Under the pieces are notes generated by a model that was given only the letters and a program-made list of their open reading frames with translations, ran no database searches and was not told where the DNA came from. The translations under genes and the position numbers were made by a program. This document shows positions 1 through 11,200 of a stretch of DNA of 59,988 nt, one piece after another (position 1 is the first letter of the stretch; each line of letters opens with the position of its first letter). The stretch comes from a virus (lineage: Duplodnaviria > Caudoviricetes). Location of the stretch: IMG/VR virus record IMGVR_UViG_3300025276_003682, positions 1 to 59,988 of that record, one strand, 5' to 3'.

Positions 1-2
1 CT

Positions 3-1043
3 AGTCCAGCGTTTACAAGCGGCTCTGGTTTAGAAATTGAAAAATCAGGAACAGCAACATTAAGATTACAATCATCTGGGTCAAACGCAAGTGAAATAAA
101 CCAAACAAGCTCAGCTCTTCAGATAGTTGATTTGTCTAGCGGAACTATGCTTTTTAAAGTAAGCAACGATGAAAAAATGCGTATCACCTCAGCGGGTAAC
201 GTTGGAATAGGAACATCAAGTCCTGATGCTAAGTTGGATATAGAGGGTGATTTTGAAACTACTTACGCTCTTAAATTTACGAATACAAAAGGAACAGGAA
301 CTGTCTCAGGATTTAGAAGTCATGGGGTTAATGGTGAAGACTTATCATTATATAATGGTGCTAATAGAATACAAAGATGGGATGAAAATGGAAATTCAAT
401 TTTTGATGGCAAGGTTGGAATTGGAACAAATAGTCCTGATGCGTTACTAGACATAGAAAGCACTACTGCTCCAACCTTAAGGATATCAAACGGGGGAGGA
501 ACCTCTCCGTTTCCAAGATTAGAGTTTTTTAGACAGTCTGGCGTGTCATCTCACATACAATACGATGTTGCTAATAAAATACTTACAACAGATAACGTCC
601 ACGCATCTGGAGTCATTAATTACAAGATAAATGGCTCAGAAAAAATGCGTATTACCTCAGCAGGTAACGTTGGTATTGGAACAATTAGTCCTAGTGCTAA
701 ATTAGAGGTAGAAGGTGACTTACAGGTCAAAGGTGTAAATATATCTAACCAAGAAAATCTTGACGTAGACACAGGGACAGAAACTATAGCAACAGTAGTA
801 AAAGCTAATTACGATGCAGCGTTCTTTGACTTTGTAATTAAAAATGGAACAAACCTTAGAGCGGGTACAGTCTTTGCAATACATGATGGAACTAATGTAG
901 AATTTACAGAAACATCTACAAACGATTTAGGAGATACATCAGATGTAACCCTTACAGTTGATATATCAGGAACAGATATGAGACTAAGAGCAACAACAAC
1001 ATCAGATAACTGGATAATAAAAAGTCTAGTTAGGACAATATAA
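3..1043 (+). CDS. Fibre-like virion protein, C-terminal part (5' truncated by the window edge)
   Basis: The frame of ORF 132..1043 is open back to position 3 (SPAFTSGSGLEIEKSG...). It has repeated GNVGIGT-x-SP-x-AKL(D/E) fibre motifs. Confidence 0.75.
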   Translation, partial: SPAFTSGSGLEIEKSGTATLRLQSSGSNASEINQTSSALQIVDLSSGTMLFKVSNDEKMRITSAGNVGIGTSSPDAKLDIEGDFETTYALKFTNTKGTGTVSGFRSHGVNGEDLSLYNGANRIQRWDENGNSIFDGKVGIGTNSPDALLDIESTTAPTLRISNGGGTSPFPRLEFFRQSGVSSHIQYDVANKILTTDNVHASGVINYKINGSEKMRITSAGNVGIGTISPSAKLEVEGDLQVKGVNISNQENLDVDTGTETIATVVKANYDAAFFDFVIKNGTNLRAGTVFAIHDGTNVEFTETSTNDLGDTSDVTLTVDISGTDMRLRATTTSDNWIIKSLVRTI

Positions 1044-1053
1044 ATAAAAAGAT

Positions 1054-1260
1054 ATGGCATTTAAAATTCAAAAACAATTAATCCCTACAGATACATTTTC
1101 GGAAGATCCATCCTGGGCTAAAAGACAAATATGGGTGTATAAATTAAACTCCGGAGATACTGTAGAATCATTTGAAACAGAAGAAGAAGCAAATACAAAA
1201 AGAGATGAACTTATAGCTGCCGATCCTACAAACAGAGTCTACCAAGTAGTAGAAGAATAA
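1054..1260 (+). CDS. Hypothetical protein (68 aa)
   Basis: ATG after an A-rich leader, packed between structural genes. Confidence 0.7.
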   Translation: MAFKIQKQLIPTDTFSEDPSWAKRQIWVYKLNSGDTVESFETEEEANTKRDELIAADPTNRVYQVVEE

Positions 1261-1305
1261 GTTTGTAATTAGACAATAAGTTCATATATTTAATAAAATA
1301 CAATT

Positions 1306-2424
1306 ATGGGAATAGCAAGAGGACCTAATATAGTAAAAGATGACTTAGTATTTGGATACGATACCGGATACGGTGTGGCTGATAATAAGACTGTTACTAG
1401 ATTCTACGCTGGAAAACCTACATCAAACCTACTTACAAAGAGTGGAGCATCATCTCTAGATGTACGTACAGATATTTACAACAATACCACTAAAACAGAT
1501 TTAGGAGGCGGAAAGTATAGGTTTGTAAACGACGGTACAGGAGGTTCTACGATAAGGCTGTATACTGATGTGAACGACCTAGTAGACGGCACAACTTACG
1601 GGTGTAGTGTAAGTTATGAAAATTTTAATCCTGGAGATGGAACAGCGGTGATACTAGACTGGTGCGACCAAAATAACACAACATTTTCTCATGCAAATTA
1701 CGGAGCTTCGAATAGACTTTTTATGTCAGGAACAAGATCATCATATACTTCTACATTTAGATTTTTGGATATAACCTTACCTATTAATTCCTCTATAGTT
1801 TTATTTAATGCTCAAGTAGAAGTATCAACACCTTCTCCATATACAGACGGAACAAGAACATCCACACAATCTCTTATAGATTTAAAAAGAACAACAGACA
1901 TAGGTGTATCAAATGTTTCTTTTGATTCAACAGGTCAACCTACTTTTGATGGTACTGATGATATTATAGAGGTAAACAGACTTATAAGCACATCAAACTA
2001 CAGTGCTGAATTTATATTTAAAGCAGACGTAAACACATCAGGGACAGAACATTGGCTAGGAAGTCAGTACCCAGGTACAGGAAGGGTTATATTTGATTTA
2101 TACACAAACAACAAGTTAAGAAATTTTATTAATGGAACATCAATTAACGGGGCAACAACAATTGCAACTGGGACTTGGTATCACGCAGTGTTTACAAGAG
2201 ATTCTGCAGGAGCTGCTAAAATTTACCTAAATGGAGTACAAGACGCTACAGGTACATTATCTACTACAGCACCAGTTAACGATAATTTTGAAATAGGCGG
2301 TTCTACTACCCTCACAAGATGGCTTACAGGAGATATACCAGTAGCAAAAATATACTCAAAAACTTTAACCGCAGAAGAAGCACAACAAAATTTCAACGCA
2401 TATAAAAATAGATTTAATATATAA
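1306..2424 (+). CDS. LamG/concanavalin A-like lectin domain virion protein, paralog 1
   Basis: C-terminal FDGTDD...WYHAVFT...KIYLNG...IY...LT.EE..QNFNA pattern typical of LamG-like domains. Confidence 0.75.
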   Translation: MGIARGPNIVKDDLVFGYDTGYGVADNKTVTRFYAGKPTSNLLTKSGASSLDVRTDIYNNTTKTDLGGGKYRFVNDGTGGSTIRLYTDVNDLVDGTTYGCSVSYENFNPGDGTAVILDWCDQNNTTFSHANYGASNRLFMSGTRSSYTSTFRFLDITLPINSSIVLFNAQVEVSTPSPYTDGTRTSTQSLIDLKRTTDIGVSNVSFDSTGQPTFDGTDDIIEVNRLISTSNYSAEFIFKADVNTSGTEHWLGSQYPGTGRVIFDLYTNNKLRNFINGTSINGATTIATGTWYHAVFTRDSAGAAKIYLNGVQDATGTLSTTAPVNDNFEIGGSTTLTRWLTGDIPVAKIYSKTLTAEEAQQNFNAYKNRFNI

Positions 2425-2427
2425 ATT

Positions 2428-2760
2428 ATGAATAGATTCGAAAATAGAAGATGGTTAGTAATACCAGTAGAAAAAATAGACGATATTGATTTCAATCAAG
2501 TTCATGAATCAAATGCTGATTCATTAAGAAAGTCTATAGATGAGACTTTAACTTTTGTTAAGTACGAAGTAAACATTATAGAAGAAACTTATACAGAAAC
2601 TTTTGAAGATATTGAAACAGGAGAAGAAGTTACTAATACGGTAGAAGCAGGTACGTACGGTAGACCTTCAATATATAATGAAGAACACACGGAATATACT
2701 CATTCAGAAATATTAGAATTACTTTCAACCGAACAGTGGACTGAACAAATAGAAGAATAG
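2428..2760 (+). CDS. Hypothetical acidic protein (110 aa), possible fibre/lectin chaperone
   Basis: Clean ORF between lectin paralogs. The function is inferred only from position. Confidence 0.65.
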   Translation: MNRFENRRWLVIPVEKIDDIDFNQVHESNADSLRKSIDETLTFVKYEVNIIEETYTETFEDIETGEEVTNTVEAGTYGRPSIYNEEHTEYTHSEILELLSTEQWTEQIEE

Positions 2761-2761
2761 T

Positions 2762-4003
2762 ATGGCAACCATAGGAGGACCTAATACAGAAAAAGATAAC
2801 TTAGTATTTGGATACGATACCGGGTACGGTGTGGCTGACAATACTTCTTCTACTAGATTTTACCCTGGTGAATCAACTGTTAACTATACTACTGATACAC
2901 CATCTCAAGGAGGGTGGACAGGAACATATAGCGTTCTTGATTCTTCTTTAAAAAAGTTTAGATTTAATGTAAGCAACTTTTCTGCTAATCCAGGAAGTGG
3001 CTGGAGGTCGTTTACTTGGGATTTACGTGCATACACAGGGCAATCAGTTACTATATCAGCTACAGTAGAGGCGCCAAGCTCAAGCCCAGGAACATTTGCT
3101 TGGGTAATGATGGGTCAAGGGAATACACATACAAATACTAGTGGCGCTGGTGGGTACATGGGTTATTCGGCTGCTAGTGAGAGAGTATATAAATCTACTA
3201 CAACTAAAGAACATATTACTTGGAGCGGAACATTAGGTAATTCAGGAACAGCTAACTCTCCATCAGGGCATATAGGTTTTACAGTATGGTACAACAACGG
3301 AGTCCCTGGCACTAGCTCTTACGTAGAAGTTTCAGATGTTCAAATAGAACTAAAGTCTCATGAAACACCATTTGTAAATGGAACAAGATCAGATACAGCG
3401 TCTCTAATAGACTTAACAAAAACAACTGATATAGGTGTATCAAATGTAAGTTTTGATTCAACAGGACAGCTTACCTTTGATGGCAGTAATGACCAGGTAG
3501 TAGTAGATGTAGACGATATAGTAAGAAACACCAGTAACATAACTATTGAAGGTATAGTTAATGCAACATCTATAAGTTCTGCAGGTCCTTGGGCTGTATT
3601 AACAGACCATGCGGCAGCAACCGATAAAGATGGGTTTTGGTGGCATTATAATATAGGGAATGCTGTTTACTTTAGAGTTGAAGACGCAACCGCTGGAGAG
3701 CAGGGCACAACCTTTTCAGGATCAGTTCCCTTCGTAGCTAACACCTATCAACATGTAGTGACAGTTGTAGGAGATAACAATGTTAAAGTATATGTTAATG
3801 GAGTATTATCCAAATCATATACCCCTAACTTTAAATGGAATAGAATAGACTCAACTAAAACTGCTTACCTACATATAGGTCGTACATACCCCAACTACTA
3901 CTTATCATGTGCAATACCAGTTTTTAAAATGCATAATAGAGAACTATCAGTTGACGAAATAAAACAAAATTACAACGCATATAAAAATAGATTTGATATA
4001 TAA
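2762..4003 (+). CDS. LamG-like lectin domain virion protein, paralog 2
   Basis: Same N-terminal (LVFGYDTGYGVADN), linker and C-terminal (QNYNAYKNRF) blocks as 1306..2424. Confidence 0.75.
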   Translation: MATIGGPNTEKDNLVFGYDTGYGVADNTSSTRFYPGESTVNYTTDTPSQGGWTGTYSVLDSSLKKFRFNVSNFSANPGSGWRSFTWDLRAYTGQSVTISATVEAPSSSPGTFAWVMMGQGNTHTNTSGAGGYMGYSAASERVYKSTTTKEHITWSGTLGNSGTANSPSGHIGFTVWYNNGVPGTSSYVEVSDVQIELKSHETPFVNGTRSDTASLIDLTKTTDIGVSNVSFDSTGQLTFDGSNDQVVVDVDDIVRNTSNITIEGIVNATSISSAGPWAVLTDHAAATDKDGFWWHYNIGNAVYFRVEDATAGEQGTTFSGSVPFVANTYQHVVTVVGDNNVKVYVNGVLSKSYTPNFKWNRIDSTKTAYLHIGRTYPNYYLSCAIPVFKMHNRELSVDEIKQNYNAYKNRFDI

Positions 4004-5181
4004 TGTATACAGGACCTCATTTAATAAAAGATAATTTAGTATTTGGATATGATACCGGATACGGTGTGGCGGATAATAGTACTGCTACTAGGTTTTACCC
4101 AGGTGAACCTACAGTTAATAGTTTGGCCAGTACTGCATTTGGATCTAGCGGCATAACCTTAGGATCGGACTCAGGAGGTACTTATTTACAAACTAATAGT
4201 GGAACTACCGGGTACAATTACATAAAAATACCAAACATAACTGTCTCTTCTAATGAAACATACACATGGTCGTTTGAGCTAAAATCAACAGAAACTATTA
4301 CACAGAACGGTAATAAATATTATTTTGATACAAATGAATATTCAAATGAGTTTTCAACTAGTAATGACCAATCAAGAGTAAGTTCATCTCAAATTAGACC
4401 TTCATCATTACCGGCTAATGAATGGGTTAAATTTGCACTTACCGTTACTATGAAACCTAGCCTAACAGGAGCTTATTCTTATGATTTTTTAAATTTTATA
4501 AAACCTCATTTCACTAGTAAGAAAATATACTATAGAAAAATGCAGTTTGAACATAATAAGAGTCACCATACACCTTTTGTAAACGGTACCCGTTCATCTA
4601 CACAATCTCTTATAGATTTAAAAAAGACAACAAATATAGATGTATCAAATGTTTCTTTTAGTTCAACAGGACAACCCGAATTTGATGGCACCGATGATAC
4701 TATACAAATCTCAGACCCTAATGTATCAAGCTCTGCAGGATTTAGTATAGAAATGATTATTAAACCTGGTAATGCATCATCATCACCGATGGTTATAACA
4801 CCAAATAGCGGCGGAATAGATCATTTTGTACGATTTAATAGCAATGGTAGGTTATATATGAGAATGGTAGTAGCAGCAGATAGTTCAGTGCAGGATTTTA
4901 CTACAACTACATCACTCTCTTCAACAGACTACCATTACACTGTCTTTACCTTTAAACAATCAGAAGGAGGTAAAGCATATTACAACGGTAGTCAAGAGAG
5001 CGCAGCTTCTGCTAACTTTACTGCACTAGATTGGAGTAGTATCTGGAAAATAGGTCAAAGAGGTAACAACACATTTTTCTTTGATGGAGAAATTCCTATA
5101 TTAAAAATACATAACCAAGTACTAACAGCCGACCAGGTAAAACAAAACTACAGAGCATATAAAAATAGATTTGGAATATAG
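4003..5181 (+). CDS. LamG-like lectin domain virion protein, paralog 3
   Basis: Same conserved blocks. TAATG stop/start overlap with paralog 2. Confidence 0.75.
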   Translation: MYTGPHLIKDNLVFGYDTGYGVADNSTATRFYPGEPTVNSLASTAFGSSGITLGSDSGGTYLQTNSGTTGYNYIKIPNITVSSNETYTWSFELKSTETITQNGNKYYFDTNEYSNEFSTSNDQSRVSSSQIRPSSLPANEWVKFALTVTMKPSLTGAYSYDFLNFIKPHFTSKKIYYRKMQFEHNKSHHTPFVNGTRSSTQSLIDLKKTTNIDVSNVSFSSTGQPEFDGTDDTIQISDPNVSSSAGFSIEMIIKPGNASSSPMVITPNSGGIDHFVRFNSNGRLYMRMVVAADSSVQDFTTTTSLSSTDYHYTVFTFKQSEGGKAYYNGSQESAASANFTALDWSSIWKIGQRGNNTFFFDGEIPILKIHNQVLTADQVKQNYRAYKNRFGI

Positions 5182-5210
5182 TAAGTAAATAATAATACAA
5201 TTCTAGAGCA

Positions 5211-5218
5211 TATTTATA
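5211..5218 (+). promoter_or_regulatory. Putative late promoter element TATTTATA (representative copy)
   Basis: The same octamer lies between or at the ends of genes, just upstream of starts, at 5211, 19999, 20829, 20886, 23098, 23679, 24702, 27758, 37194, 47164 and 59719. Chance copies also occur inside genes. Confidence 0.6.
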
Positions 5219-5256
5219 ATCGTACCTTTTGGACAATGAAAAAAGGATAAAAAATT

Positions 5257-8200
5257 ATGGCAAACGAATTTAAAGTAAAAAAAGGCCTGATCGTACATGG
5301 ATCAGGGTCTACTGTACTAGATATACAGGGATCTCAAGGACAACTTTTCTCAATAACAGATGATCTAACAGGCACTCTCTTTGCCGTATCTGATATATCA
5401 GGAGTCTCTATTTTTGATGTAAATGCAGATGGTACGACTACCTTAGATGGAAACATAACACAGACTTCTGGAACCGCAACTTTTGGTAATGGAATCACCC
5501 TACAGCAAGTAGCTGGATACTCTCTCATAGAAACAAATACAAGTTCTCTGTTTCTAAAAGCATCAAACATTCAAATCCAAGGTGATTTAATACCGGATGC
5601 AGATAGTAGCCGTAATTTAGGAGCTACTAATAGGTATTGGGAAAATTTATATGCAGATAACTTATACGGTGATGGTAGCAACTTAACAAATGTTGCAGCT
5701 ACAGAAACAGACACACTAGACTCAGTAACAGATAGAGGAGCAACAACTACTAATAATATAACTGTAGGAACCATCGGCTCTGGCGCTATAACTTCTACTG
5801 GCAAAATACAAGGTACAGAATTAGAAGGTACAAGTTTAGATATAAACGGTAATGCTGATATAGCAGGTAACTTAACTATAGATAGTGGGTATGTAACCCT
5901 AGACCCAGATACAGCTGGAAATGTTTTAACATGGAAAGAAAGTGATAGTAATCTAACAGCAGGTCAATTAAGAAGTTACGCTAATAGGGGAGATATTTAC
6001 TTATATAAAGACGGAACAAAAACAACAGAATTATCAGCCCTTACTGATTCTTTTATACCTGCAATACATATTGGCGGTACAACTGCTGCAACTGGTGGTG
6101 TTTTACAAACAACTGGTAACGTTAATATAGACGGTAGTGCAAATATATCTGGAGATACGGCTATAAGTGGTTCTTTTGGAGTCGTAGAAGCATTTACTGC
6201 AGAAGCAGGAGGTGATGTAGTCGTAATAGGAGGCCTTGAAGCAAAAAGTGGAATAGATGCTCGTAACTATGTAGATATATATCAAGACTCAGACAGTGCT
6301 GGATTAAAGATATTTGGGTACGATGATAGATCGGCTTATTCCGGTAACTTGTATATTGACACAAATGGAAATTTCCAAATAAACCAAACTCACGGTGCTG
6401 GCTCCGGTTACATTCAAATTCAAGCTGAAAATTACTTAGAATTAGGAGGAGGCTCTCTCGTATACACATCAAGTAACTTCAGAATATACGATGCTGGTCA
6501 ACTTAGCTTAGGGAATAGTGGAGATTATAAGATTAAACATAATACAGCAGCAGATAACCTTATAATACACACAGACGATAATAAAGGTATTACTATTGAT
6601 AATGCAGGTAATGTAACATTTACAGAAGATGTTGTAGTAGCCGGGAAAGTAACTGCTCAAGAATTTCATACCGATTTCGTTTCTGCATCAATAATGTATG
6701 AATCAGGTTCAACTAAGTTTGGGGATAGTTCTGATGATAATCACGACTTTACAGGTTCTCTTAATATAGAAACAGGAGATATTAATATAGATAGCGGTAG
6801 ATTTTTAACAATGTACGGTAATGGTAGTACATACCATGGAATAGGAAGTGTTGATCAAAACGCAAACAGCAGTGATGACATTAGGGTTAATTCTTATCAC
6901 AATGTTTATATAGATTTAGATTCAAATAATAACAATACAGATACTACAACTTTCTTTCAAATAAGTCAGCATAGTGGTGCATCAACTCTAAATACACCTT
7001 TTTTTAAAGTTAGAGGAGATGGAAGAGTAGGGATAAACGAAGATAACCCAGACAGTATACTACATGTCAATACCGGAACAGGCACAGGAAATGCAAATAC
7101 TGTTATTATTGATAGAGCAGGTTCGAGTGATTACTCTGGTATAAGTTTTGCAACAGCAGGAACTATAGACTGGTCAATTGGACAGAATGCCGCAGGTAAC
7201 TTTGAATTATTTGAAAATGGAGCAGATGCACAAACTAGATTAACTGTCAAAACAAGCGGTAATGTAGGGATTGGAGCAATAAACCCAGCAGATAAACTAC
7301 ATATACAAGGTGGAAATTTAAGACTAGAAAATGGAGCAACATCTGTAAATAAGCTTATACCACTAGGTACTGGAGGAAACGCTGCTTTATCTATAAAAGG
7401 AGGTAACTTCGTACATAATGTATATTTCGATACTTCTTGGAATGATTTTAGATATGCTAGATTAGTATCATCCTATAACACAAGTGATTCAAGTTTCTAC
7501 TTATATAAATCAGACGCTTCAGGTGGGACTTCTGCTACTACTACTATTTCAACCGGCATCTCAACTTTTGCAGGTAATTTATCCCTATTAGGTGATTTAA
7601 ATTTTTCTGGTGGTACTGGTAAAAAAATAGTACTTGGATCACAAAGAGTATACGCTCTTCCTGCTCAAAACACTAAGATGAGAATACTAACCTTAGCAAA
7701 CCAGACTTCTTGCAGGGTTTATATTGATAGTTCTGAAAATGCTTATAACCAACCTATAGTATTAGATATTTTCTACAATTCTCAAGGTAGTGCAAAACCA
7801 GTAATACACAGAAATAATCACTATACATGGCACACTCATAGTAATGATATTAGATTTACTAGTGATACAAGTGGTCATATATATGCGGAAAAAATAACAT
7901 ACTCAACTGGTAGGAATGTTAATATAAGAAAAGTAGAAGAGTTTAAAGGAACAGTAACTTTGTTAGATGGCTCAACAACACAAACAGGTGGCGGAGCAAA
8001 TGAAGTAATCGAAGGTGCATTTGGACGTATACAGGCCCATGGTAACATAGATGTAAATAGTGGTGGTGTTATTAAAATGAATGGCACTGAAGTTATATCA
8101 GCAGCTAGAGTAATAAACGCTACATCTGCAACTTTTGCAGGAAACGTTACAACTTCCGATAATTCATTTTATATCTCTTCTAGAAAGTTTATAGCAAGAG

Positions 8201-11200
8201 ACGCCAACGGCACAGGTCTTTTTGCAGATGATGCATCTAGCGGCTTAAGTATAGCTGACAATGGAAACGCAACTTTTACAGACAATGTAAGCTCTCTCGG
8301 AACGATATCTGCGACAGGAAAAATATCAGGTACAGAATTAGAAGGAACATCTTTAGATATAAACGGTAATGCTGATATATCAGGAAATTTAGTTATTGCA
8401 GGTACAGTTGATGGTGTAGATATATCCACATTATCAACAACGTTTGCACCAATTAGTCATAATCATGCTGCTTCTGAAATTACATCCGGAACGCTGGATA
8501 ATGCTAGGTTAGACGCTAAAGTATTTATAAATGATGGTGGTACATTTAGTACAGGGTTTGCATCAGATGTAGATACTTTGTCTGGGTTTATCATTAAAAG
8601 AGTTACAGGTTTTACAGGCACTGATCACAGAGCATTTACAGGACACCACAACTTACTTCAAATACCTAATACTAGTTCTAATCAACATGATGCTCAAATA
8701 GCATTTGAAACAGGTACAATCGCTGATGGTGGTATAAAGTTTAGAAACTCTTCCGGCGGTACATGGGGTTCTTGGTATAGACTATATCACGAAGGTCATT
8801 TACCAACTCTATCAGAGTTAGGTGCTGCTGCTGATACAGTAGTAAATCAGAGTGATTTTGTTTCGGCTGCAAATGGAGGAACTTTTAGTGGCGCTATAAC
8901 ATCTACAGGTAAGATATCAGGTACAGAATTAGAAGGAACTAGCCTAGATATAAATGGAGCTGCAACTTTTGATACTAACGCTAATGGTCTAGGAAAAATT
9001 GATCATAAAAATAGTAATGCTGGTTCTTCTGCTTACACTTCTATAAGGATTATGAATGATGTAGGTGGAGCAGAAATATGGAGGAACAGCTCTACTAGAA
9101 CACAAACCGGAGGAGCAGCACAATCATTTAATATATATAATAGCCAAGACACAAATATATGGTCTGGCGGTACTAGAGCAGTTAATTTCAACACATCACA
9201 AAACGCAACTTTTACAGGTAATATAACTGTTGGGTCAACAGGAGCTGCTCCGCTTTTATTTAGTAAGAGTACTTACGGTGACATGGACACTGATGCTTTT
9301 TACAGAATAAAATTTCAAGATCAAGGAGGTGTACATAACGATGTAGGTATTGGACAAACTGCAACTGGAAATTTAGGCTTTAACATTACAGCTGGTAAAG
9401 ATTTTTTATTTAATGGAGGTACGAGTGGTAATGCTTTAACTTTAAATGCTGGTGGAAACGCAACTTTTGCAGGTAATGTAGATTTAGGAAATTCTTCAAA
9501 TATTACTATGGGTGTTGGTGCACCAGGCCAATTGCGAGTAAAAGGCTCTGGTTATACAGGTGCTATTGCTTTAGACGCATCGGCTATGTATATTTATCAT
9601 GATAGCTCTCTTAGAGATTTAGTTTTAGGAACAAATGAAACCGCAAGATTAACTATTGATGGAAGTAGTGGAAACGCAACTTTTGCAGGAACAGTAACTG
9701 CTAATGGAGTTGCTTTAACTGGTGATCAAGACTTAAGCAGTTTTTTAACAGCATCTTCTACAGATTTAGATAGTAGGTACTTTACTGAAACAGAAGTTAC
9801 AAATCTTTTAGCAGATAAAACAGATCTTAATCATATACGATCTTTAGGAACCCAAGCATTTACAAATGGAACAAATCCTAGTATTACAACAGCACAGGTT
9901 ATATCAGAGATTGAATCTGATGGTGGTTTTGATTCATATAGTTCTGTATTTAAAACATCATGGAGTTATGCTGGTAATTACAATTTAACTGATGCTGGTA
10001 GATTTACTGAAACTGCTGGTTCATCTTGGATAACTTGGACTGATAACTCAAGTGATTCAGAAAGAGGGAATATAACAACATTGGCAATCGCACCAAATTC
10101 AGGTGGTTCTGCTGGAAAAGTATTTATATATAATGACCAAGGTAGTGGTTATGCACCAGGTTGGAGAGAAGTATGGACTTCTACTTCAGATGGATCTGGT
10201 TCAGGATTAGATGCAGACAAGTTAGATGGGCAAGAAGGAACACATTATGCAAACGTGCAAGCAGATTGGAATGCAACATCAGGTGATGCTTTTATACAAA
10301 ACAAACCTAGCACGTTTACACCAAGTAGTCATACTCATGCTGCAAGTGATATAACATCAGGTACGTTAGCTGTAGCAAGAGGAGGTACAGGATTAACAGC
10401 TAATACTACTTATATTAATTCAAATGCTTTTGCTAATTTTGCAGTAACAACAGCCGATTATGATACCATTACAACTAGAGGTCTTTATAGGTTTCAAGGA
10501 ACTTTAAACGGGCCTTTCGGCACTTCCCATACTACAGGACTAGCACTTTTAGAGAGCAGCGGTAATTACGGTTGGCAAATGGCTTCTAACAGCAGTGTTA
10601 ATAATGCAGAGGGGTTAGCATATAGGTACAAAGATTCGAGTTGGGGACCATGGCAAACACTAGTTACTAAAACTTTTGGGGATGGCAGGTACGTACGTCC
10701 TAATACTGCTCCTAACGCACCAACTAACTTAGTAACATCAATTGTAAGCGATACAGTTAATGTAACTTTTACAGCCTCTACTACAGCTAATATAGATAAT
10801 TACTTAGTATTTAGTTCGGTAGCAGGAGGAGATTACGGATTAATTTCTATTATACCTCCGGCGGACTTTAGTGGGACCATGAGTATTATAGATGATTCCT
10901 TTAACGCAGGAGGGACACAAGCATATAGGGTCTATGCCGTTAAAAATGGAGTCTATTCAAGTCCTTTAACTGGGACCAGATCATTTACAGTAGGTACAGT
11001 AGAACCTGTAAATATGAGTGTAGTAAATTTAAATACTGCTTATTATATTCAATACGATGCACCAGCCAGTAAAGCAAGATTTATAACAGCTTATAATATT
11101 TATAAACATGAACATGCAACACAAGCTAGTTTACTTAGAAGCTCAGCTACACTGATATATTCAGGAGTAAATAATAGCTACATGTACACTATAAGTGGGA

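Larger units (their letters stand above)
1345..5172 (+). repeat. Three dispersed copies of three conserved nucleotide blocks in the lectin paralogs
   Basis: Block A ttagtatttggata(c/t)gataccgg.tacggtgtggc at 1345, 2801, 4036. Block B (SLIDL..TT.I.VSNVSF.STGQ..FDG) near 1864, 3401, 4600. Block C gcatataaaaatagattt near 2398, 3977, 5155. Confidence 0.85.
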
